The notes: generated from the letters alone by a model not told the origin. A stretch of 55,763 nucleotides of DNA from Paraspadella gotoi (GCA_051294375.1 CM119270.1:17770103-17825865), one strand, 5' to 3'; counted from the stretch's first letter, positions 1-12,334 are shown. A program made the numbers and translations.

Positions 1-429
1 TCCCTCATCATACTCCTTAATCCTATCTCTTCTCTCTTTTATTGGGGGAGAATAGAAGGAAAAGAGCTGAAAAAGTTAAAAAGTTAAGTGAAAGAAAAAG
101 GTGAGTAAAACCAAAAACGGCGTTAAAGAATTTGTAGTAAAACAAGAAAAATAAAAAAAGTGGATTAAAACTAACTAAAATAAAATAAATAAAATTGATA
201 GAAAATTACTTATTAAAAAAAAAAGAACTCAAATATCAAGTCTTTTCTAGAAAAAGAAAAGAGAAAAAAAGAGAGAAGAGAAAAAAACCCGAGAAAAGTG
301 GATCAAAAATTCATGAGAAACGAGGAAAAGATAAATGATTTCACTGAAAAATAGGATAAAAAGTGTCTTCAATGGAGAACAGACCCGAATGACGTCGCTA
401 TTTGTCACGATCCTACCTCCTTCTCCTTT

Positions 430-720
430 GCATTACCTCCCCACATTTTTACATTACCTTCCCACTTATTTACATGACTTTCTTTCTCCTTGACATTACC
501 TATTTGACTCTTTACAATACCTCCCCTGTTCCTCACAGAACCTCTACATTTTTTACATTACCTTTCTTGGCCTTTACATTACCTCTGTGGTTTTTTACCT
601 ACCCACTTCTTTACACCTTTTTACATTACCTTCCTTCTTCTTTACATTTCCCCTTTGCTTTTTTACATTACCTTCCCTCGTTTTTACAATTCCTCCCTTC
701 TATACATTACCTTACCATTC
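430..720. repeat. Degenerate minisatellite with TTACATTACCT core (~22-24 bp unit)
   Basis: (TTT)TTACATTACCT-like words recur about ten times in pyrimidine-rich spacers; this explains ORF 402..836. Confidence 0.8.
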
Positions 721-993
721 TATTCCTTTTTAACCCTAAACTTTCTTTTTTTCCTCAACAATCTTCATTATTTTTTTTTCTCCATGTTTCATTTCCTTCA
801 CTTCACAATCGCTTGATTCCTACGGTATTTCACTGATCCCCTTCGCGGTCATGTTTGACCTCCTTCAATAATTCACACTTACCTCAATTCAAATCTCGCT
901 CCTTCCCTTTTTTCCCCCATTTCCACTTTTTCTTCCCCCAGTCTCATTTTTTTATCCTCCCGACTTCTCTCGTCCCATCCGTCGATGAAATAG

Positions 994-1149
994 CGAACAA
1001 CCACAGCACCAGCCTCATCCCCAGCGTCAACGACATCACCAGCACCAACTACAGCACCAACAACGCCCACTACATCGGAATCAACATCCCCGGTCTACTC
1101 TTTATTTCTTTCTCTCATTATCTTCTCATGCCATTTCTTCTTTTTTTAA
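994..1149 (+). CDS. Candidate terminal exon: mucin-like Ser/Thr/Pro/Ala stalk plus hydrophobic C-terminus (GPI-signal-like)
   Basis: After AAATAG (TAG at 991-993, possible acceptor) the frame reads RTTTAPASSPASTTSPAPTTAPTTPTTSESTSPVYSLFLSLIIFSCHFFFF*. From 997 to 1092, 31 of 32 codons are NCN with varied first and third bases. Other frames are also open, so the frame is inferred. Confidence 0.4.
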   Translation, partial: RTTTAPASSPASTTSPAPTTAPTTPTTSESTSPVYSLFLSLIIFSCHFFFF

Positions 1150-1360
1150 ATTTTTTATTCCCCCTTCGTCCCTTCTACCATCCCTCCTTCCCTTCCTCCT
1201 ACTCCTGCCCTCGCCTCCTCCTCCCTATTCCTCTACACTTGATCCATGACTTTGATTCTTTCGCTTTTTTTCCTCCAACGAGATCGTTGGTCGGAACCGA
1301 GAAATTATTTTTTCAGTTCCGACCCTTCCTTTTATTATTGTACTTTCAGGCGCGGGAAAA

Positions 1361-1362
<2 letters not shown>

Positions 1363-1419
<57 letters not shown>

Positions 1420-1455
1420 CTCTCTCTCTCTCTCTCCTCGCTCTCTCTCTTTCTC
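1363..1455. repeat. (CT)n microsatellite
   Basis: Near-perfect CT dinucleotide run. Confidence 0.95.
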
Positions 1456-1662
1456 TTTTACAGTTCACATTTCTCACGAGTGTATGTTTTTCCTCTTAAA
1501 CTTCCTTTTTTTTCATATATTTTTTCCTCACCTTTTAGCTGCCCAGTTTTCCTCACCGACGGTCCGACGCCTTACCCAGCGCCATCTATCCCGAGCGTCT
1601 TTTTTTTACTCGACGATTGCTCTTCTGTTTTTGATTTATGACTCGGCCGCCTCTGCGACTCT

Positions 1663-1745
1663 GTGCTTGCTCCTTCTTGCTCTCCCATGCTTGCTCCTGT
1701 TTGCGCTCTCATGCTTGCTCCTTCTTGCACTCCCATGCTTGCTCC
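1663..1745. repeat. 24-bp tandem repeat, ~3.5 copies
   Basis: Units start at 1663, 1687, 1711 and 1735; consensus approximately ATGCTTGCTCCTTCTTGCTCTCCC. Confidence 0.9.
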
Positions 1746-2685
1746 GAATCGATCCCTTGCTTGCTTGCCATTGGCCATCCATAAATTTTTTTTTTTTTGG
1801 GGGGGGGAAACACACACAAACTTCTTGTTCATTTTTTTTCCACAATGAAGTTTCCGTCATTCCAAGTCTCTATCGCCTTTGAGGCTCAGCGTTTCCTTTA
1901 TCCCTTTCCACTTTAGCGTCCCGTCCTTTTCCACTATGGAATGTACCTTTGTCGTTGATATTATTTTCTTGAGAAAACTTTTTTGCCATCGTTTGAGGAA
2001 CTCTTCTTTCGCCGACATGCAGGTCCGCTTTGTCTAGCACCCTTGTGCCCCTAAGTCCCTTTCCCTCCTTCGACCCAATCCCCCCTCCACCCTTTCCTTC
2101 CTACTTCCCCCCCTCCCGCGCGCCCATCGTCGGAAGAGAAAAACGAGATAAAATTCGGCCTCGAGGTTTTTTTTTTCTTCTTCTCCGTTTCCCTTTTTTT
2201 TCTTTCTCTTATTTCGCTTCTGTTTTCCACGCGGCGTCGCTACTGGAGGTGGGAAACGAAATGCGGGGAAGTAAACAAACAAAAGGCACCAATCAAACCC
2301 GACGAAGCGACGGAGAAGGAGAACAACAAACGAACAAACGACGACAGATTGAAATTAAAATAATCTCGTAGGTTTAGTATCTGTTTTATTTAAGTGACTT
2401 GTCACGTATAGAAAATGAAAATAGAGTAAACGGAAAACAACGCGGAAAATCGCAGACAGAGCATAAAAGTGGACTTAGAAAATTTCAAGAAAAGCCTTTT
2501 TTTTTTATTTGAGATTTTTAATATTTTAATTACGTTAACATAAAGAAATTTTCTAGCTCGTTACTTTGAATTTTTCGAAACAAAAACAAATTGGAAACAA
2601 AATTAGAGAAAGAATAAATAACAGAATTAAGGAGAAAATCGAAAACCCCCCCTTCTTTTTTATTCTTTGTAAAACGCTCACAAAT

Positions 2686-2717
<32 letters not shown>

Positions 2718-2900
2718 TCGATCGGATTTTCCTCTTTTTTCGTCGACTTTAAACCAGCTGAACCCTGGAGTCAGAAAGAGAGAGAAGAAGAAAGAAAAAA
2801 AAAAAGATTAAAACATCCAGAATAAAAAAAAGAGAGAAAAAAAATGTCAATATATCTAAACCGCGTTTTTTTTTTTCAGATTGTACTCTCAAGTTTTCCC

Positions 2901-3275
2901 TTTTTAGTTGCGCCGCGAGTACTCGCGGAGCAACTCTATAAGTCACTTTTCGGTCGGTCGGTCTGTCGGTCAGTCTGTCGGTGGGTTGTCTGTCCATCGG
3001 TCTGTCCCACTAAGGTTAAAAATGCATATAATTTTCCTATAGTTGGTTGCTCATTTGTTAAAACAAAAAAAACCCTCAAGTCTAAGGGACATCAGGAATT
3101 CCTAAAACTATAAGAAATAAAAGATGAAATTTTATGTGGTGCATGTAATAAATACACGGGCAAAGAAAGTTTTTTAGTCAGGTTATGTTATGACCTGTCA
3201 TCATATGATTATATGGAAATACACATAAATATAAAGTCCCTGCGGCGCAACACATTTGGATTACCGTTCTTGTTT
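2901..3275 (+). mobile_element. Non-autonomous Helentron-associated element (HINE/DINE-1-like)
   Basis: Starts in a T-run with the hairpin AGTTGC-G-CCGCGAG-TA-CTCGCGG-A-GCAACT (2906-2935), then CTATAAG and a GTCG/GTCT tetranucleotide tract (~2951-3006). The 3' subterminal inverted repeat GCGGCGCAAC (3242-3251) is the reverse complement of GTTGCGCCGC (2907-2916). Ends CTTG followed by a T-run. This matches DINE-1/HINE architecture. Confidence 0.75.
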
Positions 3276-3719
3276 TTTTATTCCTTTAGAGAATTGGGGA
3301 ATCTTTTGTTTTCATCTCTCGTTTCACCCACGCCGCCGCCATTGTTTTTCTTTCATACTGCTTCCCTTTATTTTATTTTTTATTTTATAAAAATATTTTT
3401 AAAATCTATATTTATAATTTAATCTCTACCCAACTTCGACTAATCTTTCCTTTTCGGCCTTATTTTCCCAGAGCGCCTTATTTCTTTTAATATTTTTTCT
3501 TTAAGTTTTTAGGTTTAAAGATGGAGTTTTCTCTCTTTCACAACCAAATCTTTGTTTTCTTCTCTTTTTCTTCACATTCCTTTTTTCTTTTCTTTTTCCT
3601 CTCTTCTTTTTCTTCTCATTTTCTTTACTTTCCATTAGACGCGAAATCCTAAATTCCAAATTCGCTTCATTTCTCTCGATTTCTTTCGCTCTTCTTCGCT
3701 TCTTTAATCGCCCTCTCAC

Positions 3720-4260
3720 CCTTGTTTCTATTTTATATTTTATTTTATGTTTTCTATTTTCTATTTTCTATTTTCTATTTTCTGTTTTATATTTTTATTT
3801 TAAGTTTGCTAGAGTCTATTTTCTATTTTCTGTGTTATAATTTTATTTTCAGTTTTCTATGGTATGTTTTTTTTTTCTATTTTCTGTTCCCTATTTTGAA
3901 TTTTTTAATTTTATTTAAAGTTTTCTATTGTCTATTTTTTATTCCTGTATTATAATTTTATTTTTAGTTTTCTATCCTCTGTTTTCTATTTTCTTCTTTA
4001 TATTTTTTCTATTTACTGTTTTTATTTTAATATTTTATATTATATATTTTTTTAGATTTTTTTTTTTAATTTGTATTGTCTTCTGTGTTCTGTATTATAT
4101 TTTTTTTTCCGATTTCTGTTTTGAATTTTAAATATTTTTTTTCTTCATTTGTTTTTCTATCTGATATGTTTATACTTTCTGAATTACATTTTCTAGTATT
4201 CTCTAATTTTTAATTTTAATTATCTGTTTTTAATTTTGCTTTTATCTTCCATTTTCATAT
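3720..4260. repeat. T-rich low-complexity tract (TTTTCTA-like)
   Basis: Degenerate TTTTCTA/TTTTCTG repeats; source of F/I/Y-rich spurious ORFs. Confidence 0.85.
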
Positions 4261-4334
4261 TCTCTCTCTCCGTCTCCACCCATATCCTTCTCTCCCTTTC
4301 TCTCTTCCCTCCCAATCGTGTTCTTTTAATATCG

Positions 4335-4500
4335 TTGGGAGTTTTCCCCAAGCTGGGACCCTGTTTACAGATTAGCCCCGGCACGCAGGCACGCAGGCTG
4401 GACTCGTGAGGTCTGATTGGCCTCTGGTTTACAGATAGGACTCCGTTTGAGAAAATTAGTCCTTTTACGAATCCACTTTATTTTACAGTTGAGACCCTGG
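4335..4500. promoter_or_regulatory. Candidate cis-regulatory island
   Basis: Unique, GC-richer island with GGGAGTTTTCCC (NF-kB-like), TGTTTAC (Fox-like), a direct repeat GTTTACAGAT, tandem GGCACGCA x2 and GATTGG (reverse CCAAT). Motif matching only. Confidence 0.25.
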
Positions 4501-4932
4501 TTGAAAACAATTGTTTTCTTGGGAGATTTTTACAGCGGTTCAGGTTTTTTTTTTAGGAAAATGTAATTGGTATTAGACAGTTTATTTGTTCGTTAGTTAT
4601 TTAAGTTTATATAATCAGTTCTAGGTACTCATAAAAACGTTTAGTTACCGTTTCAAAAGTACAGTTTTTCTTAAAAGAAATAAAATCTTACCGCTAAAAA
4701 CAAAACAAAGGCGCAACGATCTCCGACGGCCATTATAGCCCACGCCCCCCCCCTCTGCCGCCCAAACAAAGCCCTGAAGAGATTTTTTCGTTTTTTGTTT
4801 GACCCGGAAGAAACATCTCCGTTGTTTTTTATGGAATCTTTCCATTTGTTCAAATTTTATTCCATCGGCACAGCGAGAAGAATCTGGCCTCGAGAGAATC
4901 TCTGACTTTATACTGAGCTTATTTGCTTATCG

Positions 4933-4973
<41 letters not shown>

Positions 4974-5459
4974 CTCTCTCTCGTCTTCTCTCTCGCTCTC
5001 TTTCTCTCTCGGCGTCTCTCTTCTCTCGTCGGTCTCTCATCGTTTCTCTTCTTATCTCTGATTGTGCCGGAGTGATTTCTTGGCTACTTTTCATTTGAAT
5101 TATGGTTGAACTACATAATTGACTCTATCCTTTTTTTGATTTAATGATATTTGATTTTTTTTTCGCTGACGCATTTTTTTCCCCTTTTTTTCTTTTTTTT
5201 TGTAATTCACATTCAAGTTATGAAGAATAACTGTGTAACTAATTCACGGTGAAAATAGTTTGACTAGGTCAAATATTAAAATAGTTGTAATTATCAATCA
5301 TACATAGTTCTTTCAATCGTTATTAATTTTCTATTTCATTCTATTTCTCTTTTTCTTCTCTTTCTTTCTATTTTTTCCGTGAAAATCTCACTCTTTTCAC
5401 AGTCAAGGCTCTCACGCGCGCGTCGCTCTTAACTCTTTCCATTATCTCAGACTTATCTG

Positions 5460-5574
5460 TTTCTCTCTCTCTCTCTCTCTCTCTTTCCCTTTGTCTCTTC
5501 TCTATCCTGTTTTTCATAACCTCCATATTTTTCTCTTTTTTTCCTCTTATCGTCTCTTCTTTCCTTATCCCATT

Positions 5575-5644
<70 letters not shown>

Positions 5645-5681
5645 CTCTACTTTTCCATACTTCAAATTAAAGTCTCTCTCA

Positions 5682-5762
<81 letters not shown>

Positions 5763-5809
5763 TTTTCCATACTTATGAAAATCCCCTAACTGAGATCCTC
5801 CAATGCCAC

Positions 5810-5865
<56 letters not shown>
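5460..5865. repeat. Cluster of (CT)n microsatellites
   Basis: Several CT runs; TTTTCCATACTT follows two of them (~5651 and ~5763), suggesting a local duplication. Confidence 0.9.
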
Positions 5866-6502
5866 CTTTTTACACAGATGTTCTTTTGTTTTTCTTTATT
5901 TATTTTTTCCCCTTAATATTTTTTTCTTTTTTTTTAAATTCTTTTTGTCTCCATTAGAAACACGATACAAATGATTAAGTAAAAGAAAAAAATAATTACT
6001 AGTTACTACTAAAATCATTTAAAACTTGATACGAAAAAAAAAGAATTAGAAAAGGCGGAAACAAAAATAATTTATAGAATAATAGTTTTTAATATTGAGA
6101 CTCCACATACTATCCAACATAACATACAATACGACCCGACGCCAATCCTGCGTCGGCTTTTTTTTATCCCGTCTTATCGCCTTTTAAATCTTACCAAGGT
6201 TGGGTTCCCCCTTTTCCCTTGCCCTTTTAACCAAACGCTCGCCAGACGAATTCCGCTGGAAAATTCCGTACAAAGCCCACGAGAGAGAGAGAAGCGATGT
6301 AGGAGAGAGAGAGAGATGACGTGATGAGAAGTGAGAGAGTAAGAGCAGAAGAAGAGAGAGAGAGGCAAAAATAAGATTGAAAGGACGTGGACGAAAAAAA
6401 AAAGTATATTAGAGAAAACCTTATGACGGAGAGAATAGAGAATAACAATATGAAAACATGGTATTATGAAAGAGAGACTAAGGGGAGATGAGAGCGAAGA
6501 GG

Positions 6503-6556
<54 letters not shown>

Positions 6557-6983
6557 TTGAGAGATATCCTTGGTTTTGCTTTAAACGTCAGCGGGAAAAA
6601 ACCTTGGATTCCAAAGTTTTTCTTCTTCTATTTGAGATCAGAAAGATTTTCTTTTTTTCTTTTTTTTCTTTTTCTCTCTTTTTTTTTGACTCTTGACCGA
6701 AATAAAAAAAAATGTTTAGCGGAGACATTAGATTTTTTATCGGTCATTGTTTGGCAACAATGGCCACTAAAAAGCAAATGGGCAAATCGAAATGAGGGAT
6801 CGAAACGGCCCAACGCCAATGACGTCTTTTTAGGCTCTTTTCTTTTCTCTTGGTCTCTCGTCGTCAAAATGGCCTCGCGACAGAAGACCTAAACATAAAC
6901 AAAAATAACAATAACGTCGTCAACAACAACGACAACAACAACAACAACAACGACAACAACAGCGAGAAAGGAAGGCAATTTAG

Positions 6984-7085
6984 TGCAACGAAGCGACGAG
7001 GGATGGCCACTGTGTATGGACTCCGGACGGACCAACAGCTCTTAAAATTAATATTACCATTCTTAAGAGGACTTTTATTCTACCA
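6984..7085 (+). CDS. Weak candidate exon (CNEATRDGHCVWTPDGPTALKINITILKRTFILP)
   Basis: Unique island between repeats, preceded by AATTTAG, with an open protein-like frame. The donor (GTTAAC) is weak and I do not recognise the family. Confidence 0.2.
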
Positions 7086-7339
7086 GTTAACAACTTACTC
7101 ATAATTACCATAATTTAATCAACGACCACGAATAAAATAATCTCCACCGATATCTGCGTCTTCAATTCCCCAATTCTCTCGTCCGCCCAAAAACGGACCA
7201 CACGTTTCACCAAAGATGAATGTGCACAACGTCTTCCTTCGCATCCAAATTTTTTTCGCACCTTTTTTCCCTTTTTTTTTCTTTTTTTTTTCTTTCTTTT
7301 TTTTCTCACCTAATTTCACCCATTTTTACTGCCGCTCGA

Positions 7340-7892
7340 TCGCGGCTTCTTTCCTCCTTTTTTCTTTCCTTCTTTCCTCCTTTTTCTTTCCTTCTTTTTC
7401 TTTCTTTTCTCCTTTTTCTTTTCTCTTTTTCTCCTTTTCTTTTCTTCGTTTCTTCTTTATCTTTACTTCTTTCCTCCTTTAGCTTTCCTTCTTTCCTCCT
7501 TTTTCTTTCCTTATTTCCTCCTTTTTCTTTCCTTCTTTCCTTCTTTTTAATTCCTTTTTCCTCCTTTTTCTTTCCTTTTTTCCTTTTTTTTTTCTTCTCT
7601 CCTCCTTTTTTCTCCCTCGGCCGCCATCTTTATTTTTCTCTTAACTTGAGCCTTTTTCCTTATCTCCTTTTTTTTTACCATAATCCTTTATCTTTTCCCT
7701 CCCTTTCCCTTACCTTAACTTTTGTCCTTCTCTCTTTCTTCCTAACCTTTTCTTCATTATTCCATCACCTCACATCATTTCCTTCCTTCTTTTCATTTTC
7801 TCTCGCAAAGTAATATTATAATACGTTGAACCCTTTCCTCCCGCCATCCCATCGTCTTTCTTTCTTTCTTTCTTTCTTTTTTTTTCTTTCTC

Positions 7893-7940
<48 letters not shown>

Positions 7941-7954
7941 TTTTTTTCTTTCTC

Positions 7955-8006
<52 letters not shown>

Positions 8007-8060
8007 TTTTCTTTCTTGCTTTCTTTCTTTCTCTCCTCTTCATTTCTTTTTCTTTCTCTT
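7340..8060. repeat. Polypyrimidine tract including a (CTTT)n microsatellite at ~7855-8030
   Basis: Almost pure C/T sequence. Confidence 0.9.
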
Positions 8061-8289
8061 TCCTTTTCCTCTTTCCAACGATTCCTCCATTCCTTCCTCC
8101 CTTTTCTTTTTTATCGTTTACGATGATTGAGAGGAATTCGTTTGTTCGTTTTTTCGGACCGCCTCGGTTTCATCTTCCCTTCGGCCTCTCTCCCTTTCCA
8201 ACTCTGCCTCCAACGCCACATCCACATCTCTCTCTCCTCCCTCTCTCTACTCTTCTTCTCTCTCCTCTCCCTCTCTCTCTCTCTCTGCA

Positions 8290-8322
<33 letters not shown>

Positions 8323-8640
8323 TCTGCACCTCATCTCTCTCTCTCTCTCTCTCTTCTCCCTTCCTTCCTGCTATTTTCGACTTCTAACGTTTTTTCGTAA
8401 CTCCGTTTCCTCTAACTTACCTCTTTACCCTCCCAGGCCCGGTCCCCGCACGCCTCCAACCCTTTCCACACCACCACCTTTTAACCACCCCATTCCACCC
8501 CCCTACTTCACCTACCCCTCACCCACCTCCCTTTAAGAAACACCCGAGAAAACGTGGTGTGTTTTTTAACGACTTCCGGAAGACGAGACTGGAAGAGACG
8601 GTTTTGACGGGAGAAGCAACGACACCGTCAGAAACAACGA

Positions 8641-9140
8641 AGACATGGACGAACATGGTCGAAAATGAGCGAAGATGGTCGAAAATGAACGAACATGGTC
8701 GAAAATGGAGGAAAATGAACGAACATGGACGGACATGGTCGAAAATGGACGAAAATGGACGAAAATGGACATATATGGTCAATAATGAACGAACATGGAC
8801 GGACATGGTATAAAATGAACGAATATGGACGGACATGGTCGAAAATCCACAAAAATGGACTAACATGGACGCAAAAGTACAGAAATGGATGAAAATGAAC
8901 GAAAATAAGCAAAAAATGGATGAACATGGACAAACATGGAAGGAAATAGCTAAATGTGGACGAAAAGAGTTAAAAATATACAAAAATTGATGAAAATGAA
9001 CGAAAATAGACTAAATGAACATGGTCATCATAACGGAACAAACGAACGGAAGGACCAAACGGACGACGTTGTAAGAACTTGGGCGAAAATGGGAGAACGT
9101 GGACGAATATGGTAGAACGTGATAGAACGTGGAAGAACAT
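8641..9140. repeat. 10-bp minisatellite (GAAAATGGAC / GAACATGGTC)
   Basis: Dozens of decamers in phase, degenerating toward 9140; explains ORFs 8519..8983, 8559..8813 and neighbours. Confidence 0.92.
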
Positions 9141-9252
9141 AGAAGATTAGCATGATGATGATGAACAAAAACCATGATTTAAGAAAATTAAATGACCTTG
9201 AATGACATTGAAAGCGAAACTCGACGATCACTTTTTGTTTACGATCAAAAAA

Positions 9253-9253
9253 A

Positions 9254-9297
<44 letters not shown>

Positions 9298-9333
9298 AAA
9301 CCAAGACAACGACGACGACGACGACGACGACGA
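9253..9333. repeat. (ACG)n trinucleotide microsatellite
   Basis: Two ACG runs separated by GAAACCAAG. Confidence 0.95.
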
Positions 9334-9480
9334 CATCAGGAACCCCGCAAACTTATCGTTCAATTTGGATTCTTGTCTTCCTCGCTCATATTTTTTCTCT
9401 CGAATTTATGGGAATAAATTCGGCGTCATCGTGCGACGAAGATGTGGACAATAACAAGGACGAAGGAAAGAACGACGATG

Positions 9481-9511
<31 letters not shown>

Positions 9512-9679
9512 AACAAAAACAATGATAACAACAAGGACGAAAAATGATGCTTGTACTAGTTTGTAGCATTTTTAAACGAGTTGTTATATCACAAGTGTAA
9601 ATTGTAACAGCTCGAGTGTAAACGAGGAAGAGAGGATCCAAGGTAAATGCAGCAACAAAGGAGCCAGCTACAATGAGGC

Positions 9680-9780
9680 GACGACGCTGACAACGACGAC
9701 GATGAAGACGAAGACGACGACGCTGACAACGACGACGATGAAGACGAAGACGACGACGCTGACAACGACGACGAAAACGA
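9680..9780. repeat. 36-bp tandem repeat built on GAC/GAT/GAA triplets, ~2.7 copies
   Basis: CGCTGA anchor at 9685, 9721 and 9757. Confidence 0.85.
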
Positions 9781-11079
9781 TGAGAAAGAATAAATAAAAC
9801 GCGCTCGACTTTTTTTAGGAATGAAGGATTTTATTTAAGACGACGAACGATTTCGCCGGTGGAAAAATAAAAGATAAAAAGGTGAAAGGTGAAAAGGTGG
9901 AAATAAGAAAAAGGTTGTTTGATCAACTGCTAATTATTTAAAAAAAGTATATATGACCTCAATTTTTTCTCACTTTTCAGGCTTCAATCTACTCTAACCT
10001 TCACAAAAATGGCAATTTAAGTCTTCCTATTATTAACAGTTCATAATCACGTCTTTTCGGTTCGTTTAATTTTTACGATTCCCTTTTTGTTTCCACCTGC
10101 GCGTTCCGCAGACAGCGACATCTCTCGAGAAACCGATTATCGACCACATCTAAAAAAAAAAAACCATTAAAACAAAATACGTTTTTTTTCCCTTTTTTTC
10201 CACCTAATGTTTGAAAAAAGAAGACTCGATAAAGTTGGAAAATTCGCGAATGAAGAAAAAAAAATGGAAAGAAATGAAGACGATTGCGACGCAGAAATAG
10301 TTGAATCCTTAGTTGTCGTCGTTGTCGTTGTCGTCGTCGTTGTTGTTGTCGTTGTCGTGCTGAATCGCTCGTCTCCGCTTTTTATCGAACTCGATAAAAA
10401 CTGAAGATTATAATTTTTTTTTCTTTTTCCCTCCGAAAAGCTATTAAAATTTACAGTATAATACTACTGTTACAAGAAGAATAATTTTTATTGCATGAAC
10501 ATGAGGTTTTCGTTTATCGTTTTAGCCGATACCTAGTCAACGTGAGAGCTGTTGAATGCCTGTAAATAAATTAATAAATAAATAAATCAATCAATCAATC
10601 GATGAGTGAAAGGAAAGAGTGATTTGAAAGATGAGGAGTGACTTGAAGTTACTGAGCCATGATTGTGAAAGTAAGGAGGGTTTAAGGAAACTCCGAAAAG
10701 GTAAGTAAGCTGTGAGTAGAATAAGTAAAGATAAGAAGGTAAGGAAAGGAATAAATCGCATCGTAGAAATAGGAGCAACGGATGGAGAAGGTTTTTTTTA
10801 TGGCCTCCCAATTATGTTGAAGTCCGTTAATGACTGGATTGCGGAAAGATTGTGTTTTAAGATCACAACCCGTAGGAGGAATGGAGAAAAGAGAGAGAGA
10901 GAAGAGAGGAGAGAGAGAGAGAGAGAGAGAGAAGAGATAGCAGAGATGCATGAGAGAGGAGAGAGAGAGCAGAGGAGAGAGAGAGACGATGAGCAGAGAG
11001 AGAGAGAGAGCAGAGTGACGAAAGCTGAGACGCGTGAGACAAGAGACGGACCACGAAGGACGATGGACAGTCCGGAATG

Positions 11080-11152
<73 letters not shown>

Positions 11153-12271
11153 GCCCCCACACTTTCATTCGAGAGAGGGAATCCACTTAGGTTGAATATG
11201 TGCCAAATTCTTGGACGCACAGTCGCCCTTCTCGTAAGTCCAAGTTGAGACCGCAAACTGGAAGACTTTCGTCGGACGCCAACGACGACGAGCCGATGAT
11301 GACGAGTGATAGAAGAGGAGGACGACGACGACGACGATGGCGACGACAACGATGACGATGAAGACGACGATGACGATATGATTATGATGATGGCGACGCC
11401 GACGACGACGACGACGACGACGACGATAGGCCAAAAAAGATAAAATCTTTTTATTCCCAAATACTGGAGAAATCTCCGGTACGGAAACAATCTAAGCTCG
11501 ATTAACGCTTTCTTGCCTCCTCCCTCAAACTCCCCCCTCTTGAAATTCCTCCTCCTGTTCCTCTTCCTCCTCCTCCTCCTCCTCCTCCTCCCCGACAGTT
11601 TCTCTGCAAAAAAATAATAATTATGATCAATTGGTTATTATTCTCTTTCTTCTAGTTTTATTAGTTTTATTATTTCTACTATCTTTCCTTTCCTCCATTT
11701 TCCGCTCCCTTTTCTTTATTTCTTTCTCCTTCTTTCCTTTCCTCCCTTTTTCGCTCCCTTTCCTTTCTTCCTTTCTTATTTTTCTTTTCCTCCTTTTTCC
11801 GCTATCTTTCCTTTCTTCCTTTCTCCTTCTTTCCTTTCCTCCCTTTTCCGCTCCCTTTCCTTTCTTCCTTTCTTATTCTTTCCTTTTTTCCTTTCCTTTT
11901 TCCTCCGGGCGCAGCGGTATTCGAGAACGGCTTGAAAGGCTTTGGCGAAATTTAAATAAGATTAAACATCTTTGCCGTCAGAGGCCGTTATATCTTTCCC
12001 CCGGTGATTTTTATGGGGAACGGGATGTGAAAGGAGGGCATGAGTCAGGGAAAGTGAGGGGGGGGTGAAAAACCCTTATCCTTTCTACTTTCTACCCACC
12101 ATAGTCTCTTTATCTAACTCATCCCTCTCTTTTGTTCCCCTCTAGTCTTGTCTCTCTCGTAATTGCTGTTGTTGTTGTCAATGTTGTTGTTTTTGTAGCC
12201 CTTCCTTGACCCCCCCCCCAAAAAAAAAGCTGACGAATAATCTGAAGACGAATAGATGTATACGTACTTAC

Positions 12272-12334
12272 ATTCGGACGGATATACGGAGCGCGATATA
12301 TTTCCCGCCAAAATGGCCGAACACGCGACGCCAT
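12272..12334 (-). CDS. Candidate first coding exon (MASRVRPFWREIYRAPYIRPN)
   Basis: Minus strand reads AAAATGGCG (good start context), 21 codons, then AAT|GTAAGT (consensus donor, phase 0). It lies in a CpG-rich island. Downstream exons are not established. Confidence 0.4.

Noticed and set aside
1860-2020. Minus-strand MSAKEEFLKRW resembles the N-terminal helix of the PKA catalytic subunit
   Set aside because: No kinase motifs follow and the frame stops after about 53 codons.
11300-11434. Apparent transmembrane segment (IVIVVFIVIVVVAIVVVVV)
   Set aside because: It derives from a degenerate (GTC/ATC)n microsatellite.
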